This document shows, piece by piece, positions 38,843 through 51,250 of a stretch of 64,000 bases of DNA. Source of the DNA: Pecten maximus (lineage: Eukaryota). A model generated the notes under the pieces. The model had not been told where the DNA came from. It was given only the letters and a program-made list of their open reading frames with translations, and ran no database searches. The position numbers and the translations under genes were made by a program. How positions within the stretch are numbered: position 1 is the first letter of the stretch; every line of letters begins with the position of its first letter. The stretch spans positions 14,012,001 through 14,076,000 of the forward strand of contig NC_047020.1 of NCBI RefSeq assembly GCF_902652985.1, in the 5' to 3' direction.

Positions 38843-39152
38843 AGTTTATTAATTGCCATGAAATACATACATTTCACAATGCAAACTTTTACACTAACGA
38901 TGTACACAGCCAAAACAAGTTATATTATTTCCATCAAAATACCCCTACAAAAAATACGATGACCATGAAAGCACTCAACATCGCACAGACTGTCGGTAGG
39001 CAATGTATGTACACTACCTACATTGTGTATATACACAAAAATGTATTTCTGAAGACAGTCACGAACTGTCACGCCCGCGACGTTGTGTGCTAATCCAATA
39101 AACCTTTCTGCAATAAAAGCAGATTTAACAACAAAACAAAATTTGTATCGAA

Positions 39153-39326
39153 AATTTTAACGAAAGCTGACCGTGTATACGCCTAAAAGGTCGTCGCCTG
39201 AATGACACAACCACGAACACGCACGTGCTTCGCAGGTAGCATATAGCGCCACCTAGCGGTCCGCTCTACTATAGGAGAAATTAATTTCGTTCTTATTCCG
39301 CCTAGTCAAACGAAAGAAATTACATT
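39153..39326 (-). repeat. Split direct repeat A2
   Basis: Copy of 43355-43528. Confidence 0.95.
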
Positions 39327-40409
39327 TCTCCTACAATCTCTGTTCGTGCCTAATGCCAGAAAACACACAAACACTTGAATAAATTGCAAACGGGGCGACC
39401 AACCCGCGTACTGTCGTATACCTAAATTCCTGGAAACTAACAATCTCTCCTCAAGGGAATCCTTTACATAACAGTCTTTCGCATTCTCCGATTTCCATCT
39501 GCCGTGCCTCTTAAATATTCTGTCTGCCACTGTTAAATTAGCCGCGCTTGTTGCTCCGCCGGACCGTAAACTGTGTAAACCATATTTACTGATATCAGAT
39601 ACGAAAGGAGAGAACACTTGAATAAATAACTCGCGCATCCGCGTATATGACAGAGGTTTGTTCTCATCGCGCAAAATGAAACCATTGCTGGTCTTAGTAA
39701 TAGATCGAAAAACATAGCGATCTGAACCAAGTATTAACTCCGCGATATCAATATACCTCTCCAGATTGGATACCGGACATAACTTAGTATACGTCCTAGC
39801 TTTTACAACATGGTCACCGTCCCTATAAATATCAGTCTTGCTCTGACGAATTGAAATAGTCATATGACTTTCAGAAAATTCAATGTCGCACATACGTATG
39901 CTAAGTAATTCTGATACGCGTAAAAAACCTGCATAGGCTATCAAGCAACCACAAATTGTACGCTGCGAAAATAAATCTTTGTCACTGTAATTCGCAGAAT
40001 ACATAGATTCTAACAGTTCTGGAGTAATAGGGTCCTTCCTATTCCTCGGTGTAGACAAACGCCTCTTTGCTCCCTCGAGAATGTTCCTCACTAATAATGA
40101 ATCAGTGGGAGAATCCCTCCCAATGATAGAATGCGCCCATTTTAAACTATAATAGGCTTGTATAACCGGGCTTGACGTCGCATTATGCTGGACTAAACAC
40201 GCGAGATAGAGAGCAACATGGATGGCCCTAGCCGGAAAACACTCCACCTCAGATAACCCTTTTTTCAAGGCCCAGTCCTTCCAACGTACGAATCCCTGGT
40301 AATACCCTTTCGTTGTGCTACTGGCTTTACTTTCGGCCAAAAGTTGAGGGAGGAGACTGACGTATCCGACTAAGGCCCCAGGCAGCTCTGCTATTTCCCG
40401 CTTGAAAGC
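39306..40409 (-). CDS. Tyrosine recombinase (YR) of copy 2
   Basis: Catalytic residues present: GFLRVSEL (R), SKTD (K), HSLRSGGA (HxxR), HGRW, KDCY (Y). No N-terminal ATG; the ORF-track start at 40436 is TTG. Confidence 0.92.
   Translation of the reverse strand, partial: AFKREIAELPGALVGYVSLLPQLLAESKASSTTKGYYQGFVRWKDWALKKGLSEVECFPARAIHVALYLACLVQHNATSSPVIQAYYSLKWAHSIIGRDSPTDSLLVRNILEGAKRRLSTPRNRKDPITPELLESMYSANYSDKDLFSQRTICGCLIAYAGFLRVSELLSIRMCDIEFSESHMTISIRQSKTDIYRDGDHVVKARTYTKLCPVSNLERYIDIAELILGSDRYVFRSITKTSNGFILRDENKPLSYTRMRELFIQVFSPFVSDISKYGLHSLRSGGATSAANLTVADRIFKRHGRWKSENAKDCYVKDSLEERLLVSRNLGIRQYAGWSPRLQFIQVFVCFLALGTNRDCRRNVISFV
39326..39412 (-). repeat. Split direct repeat B1
   Basis: Copy of 38756-38842. 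Confidence 0.95.
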
Positions 40410-40563
40410 CTGCGAAAATATGTTTAAACAAAACAAAAATACTAAATTAAAATGTAAGCAGTAAGTTGCTTATATACATATAGTGTCACATCCAAAACGC
40501 CCCTATCAAAAAACCACCACCAGGATTTCACGTACTAGTATGGAGTACGACCATCGTAAACAG

Positions 40564-42982
40564 TTATAGGTTAATACATTTAGCATTGTTAAAATTTAAC
40601 CTCAGAGCAATCATCTTGAAAGGAAGATCAATCCTTCCGAACAGACTTATTCCCTTAGGATCCTTTGTTAGTGGGTAAGTATATAAATTCCACCACCTCT
40701 GGTATAAAGCCACCACCACTTGGACATAAAAATGGCCAAAAACTGGCTGACCTCCAAAGAGGTACCACCATGGTCCCATATGCGCCACACTGCTGCATAT
40801 AACTAAGGACACGATGCACTATGCATACTGGTGGAACATACCACCCGTTTACACCTTGCCAATCGGCTGTAAACGCATCCATACCGGATGACCCCACATT
40901 CCAATACCTTGAAAAATACACAGGTAACTTGTTATTGTTATCGCTGGCGAACCAGTCTATCTCGTGGGGTCCCCAAAGGGAATCAAAAAACTGAAAAATA
41001 TCACTGGAAACACCCCAATCATCACAATCGACAATACGACTTATGAAATCTGCCTTTTCATTCTCGTTTCTCGGAACCCACTCGATATCAATTGATATAC
41101 AATTTCTTAAACAGGTGTAAAATATAGATAATGCAACCTTCTGCAAGTCGGCCCTCATGCTGCCCTTGTTTACAATAGATACAACATTCTTATTGTCCGT
41201 GTACCATCTGACCCGTCTACCCTGAAAGACGTACACAAATGACGTCATGACCCTGTCCACAGTGGACAGTTCTCGCCAAGTAGAACTCCTACCGGCTTCA
41301 ACCTCGGACTACATACCGTGTGAAGTACCCATAGGGGTATTCATGACGTACCCGCCGTATCCTGTATGACCCGCGTCGCTAAAAACAATAGATTGACAGG
41401 AATTATCATTAATGAACTTTTTCCCATTAATTTCGCTAACAGATTTGTCCCAAAACTTGAGTTGTTCAACGCTTTGACCCGACAACACTATGTCGGCGTT
41501 CCACGAAGGGGACAAAGCCACGTCTATACTCAACCATTTTGTCATTATGTAGACAACGTTACCCAAGATATATGACATAGAAATGATCTGTCCAACAACA
41601 GAAGACACCTTTTTAACCCTCACAACTCCTCTCTCCTCTATATCTGTTATTACCCCTGAAATACTTGAACGTAACTTTGTCAATCTGACATCGGGAACTT
41701 TTAAAATACCCAAAACAGTGTCAATATAATTCCCGAGGAAAACTAATTGTCTGACAGGCAACCAAGTAGACTTCTCTGGTTTCGGCACAAACCCGCTCAA
41801 AATCAAATCATTCTTGACCTGACTGGATATAGAAGCACACACTTTCTCATCTCTATGAGTACCTAACCCATCATCTAAATACATAAGTATTTCTTTGCCC
41901 TCGGATCTCCACTTCCTAATCAAAGGCCTGGTTAGCTTTGTGAAAATGTAACAAGCCGAGCTAAGACCAAACGGAAGTACTTTGAATTTAAAAAATTGCA
42001 CCCTGCCCCCCAAACGCCAGGAAAACCCTAAACATTTTGTATGGGGCTCAAAAATATCAACATGATGGTATGCGGAATGAATATCAAACTTAAAGCGAAA
42101 ACTATCTTTCTTGATGAATTGCATGGCTACCCTGATATCCTCAAACTTCACACTGGTCTTCCATAAATGATGGTTTACATGCCTTAAATCTAAAATGAGA
42201 CGTTTCTTTCCATTACTCTGAACAGAAACCGTTAAGGGGTTGACAACGTAGGGCATTTCCTTACAAACGACTACAAGGTCCCTAGCTATCAAATCTCCAA
42301 TGGCTTCCTCAACGAAACTCGCATGCTCCATAGCTGACCGATTATTACGTAAGAATACAGAAGTAGGGGTTGAATAAAAAGGTATCTTATACCCGATATT
42401 TATAGTGTCAAGAATAAAATCGCTACAACCAATGCTCTTCCAGAACTCTAAACGATCACACAAACGCCCCTTTACTCTTATATTGACTTGACCCAACTCA
42501 TATTCGTAATAATCGTCAGTAAGGAAAATGTCATTATACTCATCTTTCAACAGTTCATTCTTTCCCGATGGCTGGTACACCTTTTCCTTGATTAGGACAC
42601 TCGTTCCTCCAATGCTGGAAAGATCCACAGCCGTAGCATGCTCCCGATGACCGGCCTCGTCGTTGTCCGTATGCGTGCGCGTGTGTGCCGCCGCCTGTAC
42701 CGCCGAACTGGAACATAGGGACTCCACGTGCACTGAACCAAGGCTCTTGGCCTTGGGGTCCACGAAAGGGCTGCTGGAAATTAGGAAAATTACCACGCAT
42801 GCCCACAGCGCCGCTGGACTTGCCAAAGCCCGTAGACTTCTTTCCTTGTATTTTCCCTTTCTTCTTTTTAATAGCTCGGTTTTCTGCTCTGTTGATTTTT
42901 CCCTCGTCGTCGGAATCACTGGCAATGGGATTGTTTTCATATTGCCTAACTGTTTCCCAACCTCCATCACTAGAGTCAGCAA
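40564..42982 (-). pseudogene. pol: pol of copy 2: RT (YLDD), RNase H and DNA adenine-methyltransferase-like domain; one in-frame TAG (41309-41311) and a frameshift near 40665
   Basis: ORFs 41309-42982 and 40655-41260 are in the same frame; motifs KRLILDL, FDIHSAYHH, LPFGLS, YLDDG, FSDA, SSTWREL, DWFAS, WYVPP. Confidence 0.92.
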
Positions 42983-43349
42983 TTTTGATATGTTTGTTCC
43001 TTTTTGAAATTTTATCTTGCAGACTAGTCAACAACTCGCGTGCGTAGTCTTCTTTGTTGTTGTCAAGCGCCCAACTTAACTGACCAATGTCTTCGGAAAG
43101 TTCCGAATTAAATCCGTGCTGGACCTTGTTACCCTCAAATTTCCACTTGAATGAATTTTCTACCTTTAACTTTTTCACCTGTGTTGCCACGTTTACAGCA
43201 GAACCTTTCACTTCGGCTTTGAGCTCACCTATCTCATGACGCAAACTGTTATTTATAATGTTAATATTGTTCCCTTGCTCTTTTACAGCATTCCAAATAT
43301 CTGAAAGACTAACGTGGTCTTGTCTCTGTAGCTCCTCAGTATCCGCCAT
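42555..43349 (-). CDS. gag: gag of copy 2 (CCHC knuckle CYGCGSFQHWRNEC), overlapping pol
   Basis: Intact 264-aa ATG ORF immediately after A1. Confidence 0.92.
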   Translation of the reverse strand: MADTEELQRQDHVSLSDIWNAVKEQGNNINIINNSLRHEIGELKAEVKGSAVNVATQVKKLKVENSFKWKFEGNKVQHGFNSELSEDIGQLSWALDNNKEDYARELLTSLQDKISKRNKHIKIADSSDGGWETVRQYENNPIASDSDDEGKINRAENRAIKKKKGKIQGKKSTGFGKSSGAVGMRGNFPNFQQPFRGPQGQEPWFSARGVPMFQFGGTGGGTHAHAYGQRRGRSSGACYGCGSFQHWRNECPNQGKGVPAIGKE

Positions 43350-43354
43350 GAATG

Positions 43355-43528
43355 AATTTTAACGAAAGCTGACCGTGTATACGCCTAAAAGGTCGTCGCC
43401 AGAATGACACAACCGCGAACACGCACGTGCTTCGCAGGTAGCATATAGCGCCACCTAGCGGCCCGCTCTACTATAGGAGAAATTAATTTCGTTCTTATTC
43501 CGCCTAGTCAAACGAAAGAAATTACATT
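43355..43528 (-). repeat. Split direct repeat A1 (5' terminus)
   Basis: Copy of 39153-39326. Confidence 0.95.
43395..43464 (-). promoter_or_regulatory. Putative promoter in A1: CTCF-like motif GGGCCGCTAGGTGGCGCTA (43446-43464), E-box (43423-43430), Inr-like TCATTC block (43395-43410)
   Basis: Close match to the canonical CTCF core; conserved in A2 and in copy 1. Confidence 0.6.
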
Positions 43529-44329
43529 ACTGTATGTTATCGTAGGGTTGACCTATATAGTAACTTCACTTCGGTTCCGATTGTGTAATTAATACACAAC
43601 ACTGCAAATTGCCGGTAATACGCCAAGTTACCTTGGATTCAAATATTCGACGTAGAAGGTAGAAGTATTGAAGTGATGGGAAAGATTGACGAGTAAATAT
43701 GGACTTCGAAAGATTACCGATAGTGCCAGTTTGTCCTCGCTATTTTTAGATGGAGTTTTGTTTGTACAACATACTGAATCGCCCCAGATATTAAATCCGG
43801 AAAAATATAAGTGGCCTAATTTATTTACTCATTATTTTATTCAAACGCTAAAAGCGTGTAAATTTACGCCACTTTGTGTGAAGCTTTTATTAGAAATATC
43901 TTTTAATTATTGTGTTTGCTTTATTAAATGGAATACCACAGTTTAAATGTATCGGGACATTTGACCCGGTCGCTGGTTTGTGTGTCAGTTTTGCCTTGTG
44001 ACCCGTATGTTCATCGAGACATTTCACCCATCTTGTTTACCGTCGTAGACTTTCTTTTGGTTTAAACTGTATTTAATTTGGTTATAGCAATGGTACATAC
44101 AAATAATACAAATATAAGGATACAGAAACAAGTACTTGGTACTTATATTAATCCGTCTCCTGATGTAGATATAGACTATGGACTGATATTGACAAAATTA
44201 ATAATACATTTGTCATATATATTTATATATATATAATATGTGCAGGGAAGAGAAAAAGAACGGGTGCAGGGGTCGGGTTGGGGATTACTTGGTGGCATCG
44301 GGGTTGGCATCAAAAATGCAAGAATGGAA

Positions 44330-45990
44330 CAAACACTGGTTATTTATCATCAGAGTTCATAACAGATATGTACTTACACTATATGATATAAGTATTGGGA
44401 CTGTACATGTATTTCTGTAAATATGTACTATTAATATATAGTAAAACAATACAAACACAAAATTTTAACGAAATCTGCGCCATACAAAGTGTATATAAGT
44501 ATCGCGACGATAAATAGGATTTCTAGCATAAAGACAATAGTAATTTCAGAAACGTTTAGATTGAATGATGAAACTTTGAACACAATCAAAAATAACTTCG
44601 TTGAACTGAACAGGGAATTCTGGACTACCATAGAGTAAAAGGTTAACATTATAGTTAGGAGGAAGGCGATTAAAACATTGAAGTCTAAGCTGCCGGTAAT
44701 TGGCACAATGGAGGAGGAAGTGTTCAGTAGTTTCAGTAGACAGATTACACGAACACATAGGGCCATCAACTAAGTTTCGAGCGAACAGATGAGTATTCAA
44801 AGAGCTGCAATTCATTCTTAGACGTGCATGATGAATCTAGCCGTGTCTGCTTCTGCAGTGGTAATAGTGCTGAGGGACAGAGTGAGCAGAAAGAGTTTCG
44901 GAGTTAAGGAATGTTTTTAAGTTAGTTATGGACGGATTGGATTTGATGTTTTCAGGAAGTGTGTTCCATAAATCAACAGAAGAGGATATAAAAGAATCTT
45001 TATAGAGTTTTGTTCGACAGTTTATTTGACAGAAATTATTAGCTCTTCTTGTGTTATGAGTATGAATATCAGATTGACGAGAAGGTAGGAAGTTATTCAG
45101 ATAAGGAGGGCACTGACCATGAACAATCTTGTGGAATTGAATAATTTTATGCTTTCTCCTGCGAGCACTAAGGGGGTCCCAACCGGTTTCTACATAAAGT
45201 CTAGCGTGGCTTGTGAGTTTAGTTGCACCAGTCACGATTCTAACTGCTTCTAGCTGTATATTTTCAAGAATCTGGTTTTGGCCTAGAGTTAGGTTGTCCC
45301 ATACAATATCACCATATTCTAATAGGGGTCTAATGAAAGTATAATACATAGTTTGAAGAGACTTACTGTCAATACTAAATTTGAGGTTTCTAAGTAAACT
45401 AAGTTTTTTAGAGGCTTTACTAGTTATATATTGGATATGGTCAGTCCAACTCCCGTTAGCAGATATTGATACACCGAGGTGTTTATGGCACGTTACTTCA
45501 GTTAGGGAAATGTTATTCATGATCAGGGGTGGATGGATAGGTTTGTCAAGTTTCTTACTTACAGTCATTGTAACAGTTTTGTTAGGATTAAAATTTACGA
45601 GCCATGTTTGAGACCACTCATGAATTTTGGTTAGATCGTTATTTAACTAATTTGTGGCCAGACCCGGTGACTCCACTTCGACATATAGAGACGTATCGTC
45701 AGCAAATAGTTTTATATTACAATGGATGTCATGAACAATATCATTTATGAAAATTAAAAATAGTAATGGTCCTAAAATTGATCCCTGGGGAACTCATGCT
45801 GTGATATATGCTAAATAAGATTGCTTACCATTTATAACAACACGTTGACAACGATTTTTTAAGTAATCCGTGAACCAAGTAAAAAGATTTCCTGTGATAC
45901 CCAACGATCTTATTTTAGAAAGAAGGCCTCGAAGTCAAACCCGGTCAAAGGCCTTGCTTATGTCACAAAATACCATTCTGATTTCTAAAC
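44330..45990 (-). mobile_element. 5'-truncated CR1-clade LINE; RT domain to 3' UTR, with stops
   Basis: VFCDISKAFDRV, VPQGSILGPLLFLIFINDI, LFADDTSL, LEYGDIVWD, QLEAVRIVTG, CSC...ET.EHFLLHC, ...IQSKRF*. Confidence 0.92.
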
Positions 45991-48959
45991 TTTATTTTGT
46001 GATCGTAATATACCTGATCAGAATACTATGCAATGCGATAATTATATATTGGTAGCTATTTTCAGAGATGTGTGCTATTGTAAAAATGCAAACGATGCGG
46101 TTAACGTGGGATTTTTCCCACGCCGTTAGGCGGCAGGTTTCTTTCAACACTTCGTATACGGACGTACCTGTTTGGCCTTGGGTCAAAATTAAAACAAAAA
46201 CACACCGGAGTAATACATAATACCTTTATTAGAATTTGTCAACAGTGAACTAGGCAGGTGAGACATTGTTTTCTCATTCAACAAAACATTTCTGTTTATA
46301 ATTGGCCTGAGCAGAATTTCGAACTCGAAAAGATCGATACCACTACTTACGTTAGAAACTGTCAGTGGTGAAATTTTACAGCGGTACTTCGCTGTCATTG
46401 ATGATTTCTGATTGTGTAATCATACTGCCTACAAACAAGCATATATATATATCCTTTTGAATAGAATAACACCCCGTAATAATGATATACACAATAGCCT
46501 GATGCTAACAAACCGTTTGAGATCTACGTTTTTCAAAGCCAGCTAGTTTTCATTCAATTTCATTGTGATAAATGCCTAATTAAATGGGATATCAACACTT
46601 TAATTTGTATTATTTTATGATTTGACATTTTAATCTAGATTAAAACACCCGATACACATGACTTTCATTTTAAAAAAAGTCTTTTTTTTGGAAATGCAAA
46701 TTTTATATCTCAAATCTAGATTGTTAATGAATTCACGAAAATATAGTGTACAGAAAAATTGAATAGAAATAAGAACCGACCTATATCTACCGTAGATTTT
46801 AGACATCATTCTATTTTTATTAGCTGATTGGTCATAACGTTGCCATACCAAATAAACCCAATAGGATAAATGAAATGTGGTCTAGATCTAGATCTTGCAC
46901 AAAACAAACATTGCCTCTAATTCTAGCTTTTAGAGCCACAACCTCTTGCATCTTTGCTAACGAAGATATGTTTCAATGCTGCTACATGTACAGTTCATCC
47001 AGTTTGGGCATTCGAACTACATTTTCACCTGACAGATGCTGCAGATTAAAAATAAAGTGTTCTAATTTTGAAATTGATGATTTGATATCATCAATTTCAA
47101 AATTAAGTAAGTTATACATTCAGATATCACTAACATAAATTATCATTAAATATACATACATATGTATCATGCAGTTGCAGTTATGTATATGGTACATATA
47201 CTATTGTGGAGAATATTTGATGTAATGTACTTACAAAAAAATGTAAGTGAAAAACAAAATTCCACTTCAAATTGATTTGAACTGTACATGTGAATGAATG
47301 TGTTTTTTTTATAGATAATTTGTAGCTACACAGTATGGAGTGTAAACATATAACATAGAGTGCTATATGAAAATCATGTTCACTCTAATGAGCGATTAAG
47401 AAATCGCCACAAGTCTGAGCTGATATGAGCATGTAATTCTAAGTTTTGAATGCTAATTATAAATTAGTTTGATGTGCCCGTCAGTGATGCCAATGCCGTA
47501 TATATAATGGTATACCCTGCCCTGTCTACATTCGCATTCTCGGCCTCCAGAGTAGTTTAGCATACCCAGGTGTTTTTTTGTACTTATATATTAATTACAC
47601 AATTGAATATGTTTTAATGCAAATGAAGTGTAACTAGCTCAGTATGTAGCTAGTTTTCTAATCCGATACTGAAACCTTAAACCTATAGTCAAAGATGATT
47701 AACATCTAGTTTATGTTATCATAAAGACAGTCTTAGGAATTAAAATTCTGTGTATATCATGCAGGTGAAACATTGAGATCTATAGGTTATTATTCAACCC
47801 CTCCCACCTTCCCTCCCATGCTGATACGGGTGTGCTCGACACCCTTTTATTACCTGGACAGTTCAGGCCTCAGGTTATCTTTCAATACACTGGTCAATTA
47901 GAGTTACACAGGCATGTTGATTATATCTTCCGGGAAGTTCCCAAGTGTGAGGAATTAATCTTAAAATATGGTAGAAATAACTTCCATAACTGTGAATGTA
48001 TTAGGTGGCTAAAAGAGTAGGATGGAGTAAGAAATATGTCTTATTGTCCAGTAAATCTATATAAAACAAACTATGATAGCAAGGGAAAGCAAACAAATAT
48101 GTCATACAACAAATTGAATCTAATTAGTCAATCATATATAGTTCATTATCTTACATCAAGGAAAAGCAATAATATAAACTGGTGATGGCGTCACTTTTTT
48201 GTTATTAAGATATAGAATACCACATAAGTATGGAAATCATCACATTTTACTGTGTCCTGCACTCACAATTTCTTGCATATTTTGTAATATGTAATTAACC
48301 ATTGATAATATCTTAAATACATTTTTTTCTTATTTTGTGTTATCAAGTTCATGTGGAATTTAATTTGCATAATAAGGATTTTGGAATTATAAAACATAAA
48401 TAAGTGAAAGCGTTACGTTATAGCATAAATATAACAAGATTCTAAAAAGTTGAATGATAAGCAACCTTTGTGTTGATTATTGAATCATTTTACAGTTTAT
48501 TCAAGTGTCTTCAATATTTTGATTTATGTCTTACATAAAAGATTAATATCCAGCTCAGACGGCAATTGGGCCGTGATTCATGAATGATTACAAAACTTAT
48601 TTGAAGTACTTCTCGGTCAAATAAACCCCTACTATTTTACATACAATACAGTTGTGCAACATGAAGAACATTTTGGTCCAATCTCTGAAAATGATGCCAA
48701 TTTCAGGCCCAGTTTCCTCCGTTTCAGTTAATACACAAGTCCGTTTCGTCACCTAATACAAGGGGGCGCAAGTCCTGCACCCTCCAAGTCCATTATCCTT
48801 CTCCAGGTTGATACCGCTACCATATCAATCAAATTAAGTAACTCTGATAGATCTATAACGTGTACCAGACAGAATGGAACAACATACGCTCGTACTTTGC
48901 TTGTCATTAAGATTATTGGAAATGATGAATATTTACAAATTATTCTTCAATTGTTGGAT

Positions 48960-49865
48960 AAATATTAAGTAAACTTTATACGCATCACAAAAAGAAATTG
49001 TAGCTGAAAGGTTCTTGCTTTTTCCAACCGAGTCAAAATATAACAAACAAAGGGCCATAACTCGTAAAATATAGTCAAATGAAATAAACGCAACTTCATG
49101 AAATGGTAATTAAGCATACCCAGTTTGAAAAAAAAAAGGTTATTGATGGTGGGAAGAGACCTCCGAACAAACCACATAATGCCTGAATTAAATAAGTTCC
49201 ACAAAGGGCTTATCCTCTGTCCATATCTCTAGTTAATGTTGTCAAATCAAACTGCAGTTCAGGAAAACACAATTTTATGTCATGGTTATGAAACATACCA
49301 AATCTGAAAACTTTGAAGAGATTACCAGACAAACCACATTGATACATGATGCCCAGGCCAATTTAACTAAGTTCTACAGTGGGCCTTGTACACAACTTAT
49401 GTCATGGTATATGTATACTAAGTTTGAAAGAAATTGATTATTTAGTGTAGGAGATCTCCACACAAACCCAATGTATTTGCTATACAATGACCATATTTGG
49501 CAAATATGCAATACTGTTACTCAAAAACGTGAATGACGACAACAAAGCCCATCTAATTTGGCTTTGGGAATTCGAAGGGATAGTGTAACTCCAAAACGTT
49601 ACATATGCCGAATATCTGTGACATCCATTGATAAACAGTGCTAGTCATATGACATTGACGTTTATTGATCAACTATACTAGCCATGTGCCATTCATGTAT
49701 TGATAAACAGCTAACACCAAAACTACTAACATTTGAAAACCAACGTAACCGAAACTAGGGTGACAACATTAGCTTTCCATCTTCTTTGAAGAAATTAACT
49801 AATGAAATTAAAAATTGATTCTAGCTCTCCATCTTCTTTGAAAAAAACGAGCTAATAAAATTTAA
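48960..49865. mobile_element. Decayed Helentron/HINE-like remnant
   Basis: aaagggccataactc core motif; duplicated tagctyyccatcttctttgaa..gagctaa terminal hairpin (49769-49860). Confidence 0.35.
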
Positions 49866-50129
49866 AAAATGATTCAAAGCAGTGACTTAAACTGTAATGC
49901 ATTTTCAACACATCTTTCAAATTTTCAATGACATGTTCCAGATCACAAAATATTACATAGTCAGTATACATATCCACTCACAGTATAATCCATACTTAGA
50001 ATTATCCAATATCAATAATACTATTAGCGAATCTAAATATAATATCAAAGCATTGTAGCCAAATGATCTCAATAGAATAGAAACTAGATAAGAGCAAAAA
50101 TAGAACCTTATTTTGGGCACTTATACTAA

Positions 50130-50620
50130 ATTTGGGCCTGTAGCATGCTGGGATGAAGGGCTACAAAGTTTGTTCAAATAAATAACCTTGACCTTCATTC
50201 AAGGTCACAGAGGTGAAATAGGCTATAATCTTCACACGACTTCTTCTCAATAAGCAAGAGGCACAGGGACCTGATATTGGGCCTGTTGCATGCTTGGGTG
50301 AAGGGCTACCAAGTTTGTTCAAAGAAATAGCCTTGACTTTCATTCAAGGTCACATGGGTCAAAAAGGCTATAATCTTCCAACGACTTCTTCTCAATAACC
50401 AAGATGCCCAGGGACTTGATATTAGGCCTGTAGCATGCCGGGGTGAAGGGCTACAAAGTTTGTTCAAATAAATGACCTTGACCTTCATTCATGGTCAAAT
50501 GGGTCAAAAAGGCTATAATCTTCAAACGACTTCTTCTCAATAAGCAAGAGGCCCACGGACCTGATATTGGACCTGTAGCATGCTTGGGGGAAGGGCTACC
50601 AAGTTTGTTCAAAGAAAACA
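50130..50620. repeat. 145-bp tandem repeat, ~3.3 copies (HINE-type core repeat)
   Basis: gaagggctac at 50155, 50300, 50445, 50590; internal accttga..tcaaggt palindrome. Confidence 0.9.
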
Positions 50621-51250
50621 TTTTGAATCCATGAAATAGTGCAATTATTTTCATTATCATAGTCACGAAAATAGTATTAGGGTGAAGTAGAGTACTCGAC
50701 TTTTCAAATTACATTACTACATTTTACAACACCCAGAATAAGCTCCGCCTACCTCTCTCATGACTGCAAAAAAAAAATGTGCACCCCTGTGTCTTCAGTA
50801 TTTACAGTACTTTGATTAATGTAAGAAAACAGTAATAATATTATATAGATCCTAGTTAATTAGCGGTACAATTTACCCTATATAATGACGTTGGCAATAT
50901 TGTTAGCGTATGAGGAAACTAGTTAAGGACAGCCTGTTAGTCTCTTACCTAAGACATGGAGAGATAGCATATTTTATATACACAATATGTTACACTGAAA
51001 TAAGGATATGAATTAAAATGAAGAAAAAAAAAACCAAAACAACAACAACATCAGCACGAGTCATCCTTCTTCAAACAGGAGTTGTATGAATTGGAAGACA
51101 TCCTCATTCCCAGTGTCTGGTTCTCTTCGTTGCTTAGGGCTGTAAAAGGCGAAAATAAAGTCATTAGTTTACAATTCACATTTTTATTATTTAAATGAAG
51201 ATTATCCAAAAAGTTTAAGAAAAAGATATATTTTTGTTGAATATACTTAC

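Larger units (their letters stand above)
38756..43528 (-). mobile_element. PAT-like (DIRS order) tyrosine-recombinase retrotransposon, copy 2: full length with split direct repeats A1-gag-pol-YR-B1-A2-B2
   Basis: A1 43355-43528 equals A2 39153-39326 (174 bp, 3 mismatches); B1 39326-39412 equals B2 38756-38842 (87 bp, 1 mismatch). Domains: CCHC gag, RT, RNase H, MT-like, YR. Confidence 0.95.

Noticed and set aside
39049-39075. Hammerhead ribozyme core (CTGAAGA plus hairpin); also CTGATGA at 3124 and 20070
   Set aside because: No correctly placed GAAA with helix III/I pairing
38756-43528. Classification as Ngaro, DIRS1-type or prophage integrase
   Set aside because: The MT-like domain argues against Ngaro. 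Split direct repeats rather than ITRs argue against DIRS1-type. gag and RT exclude a phage.
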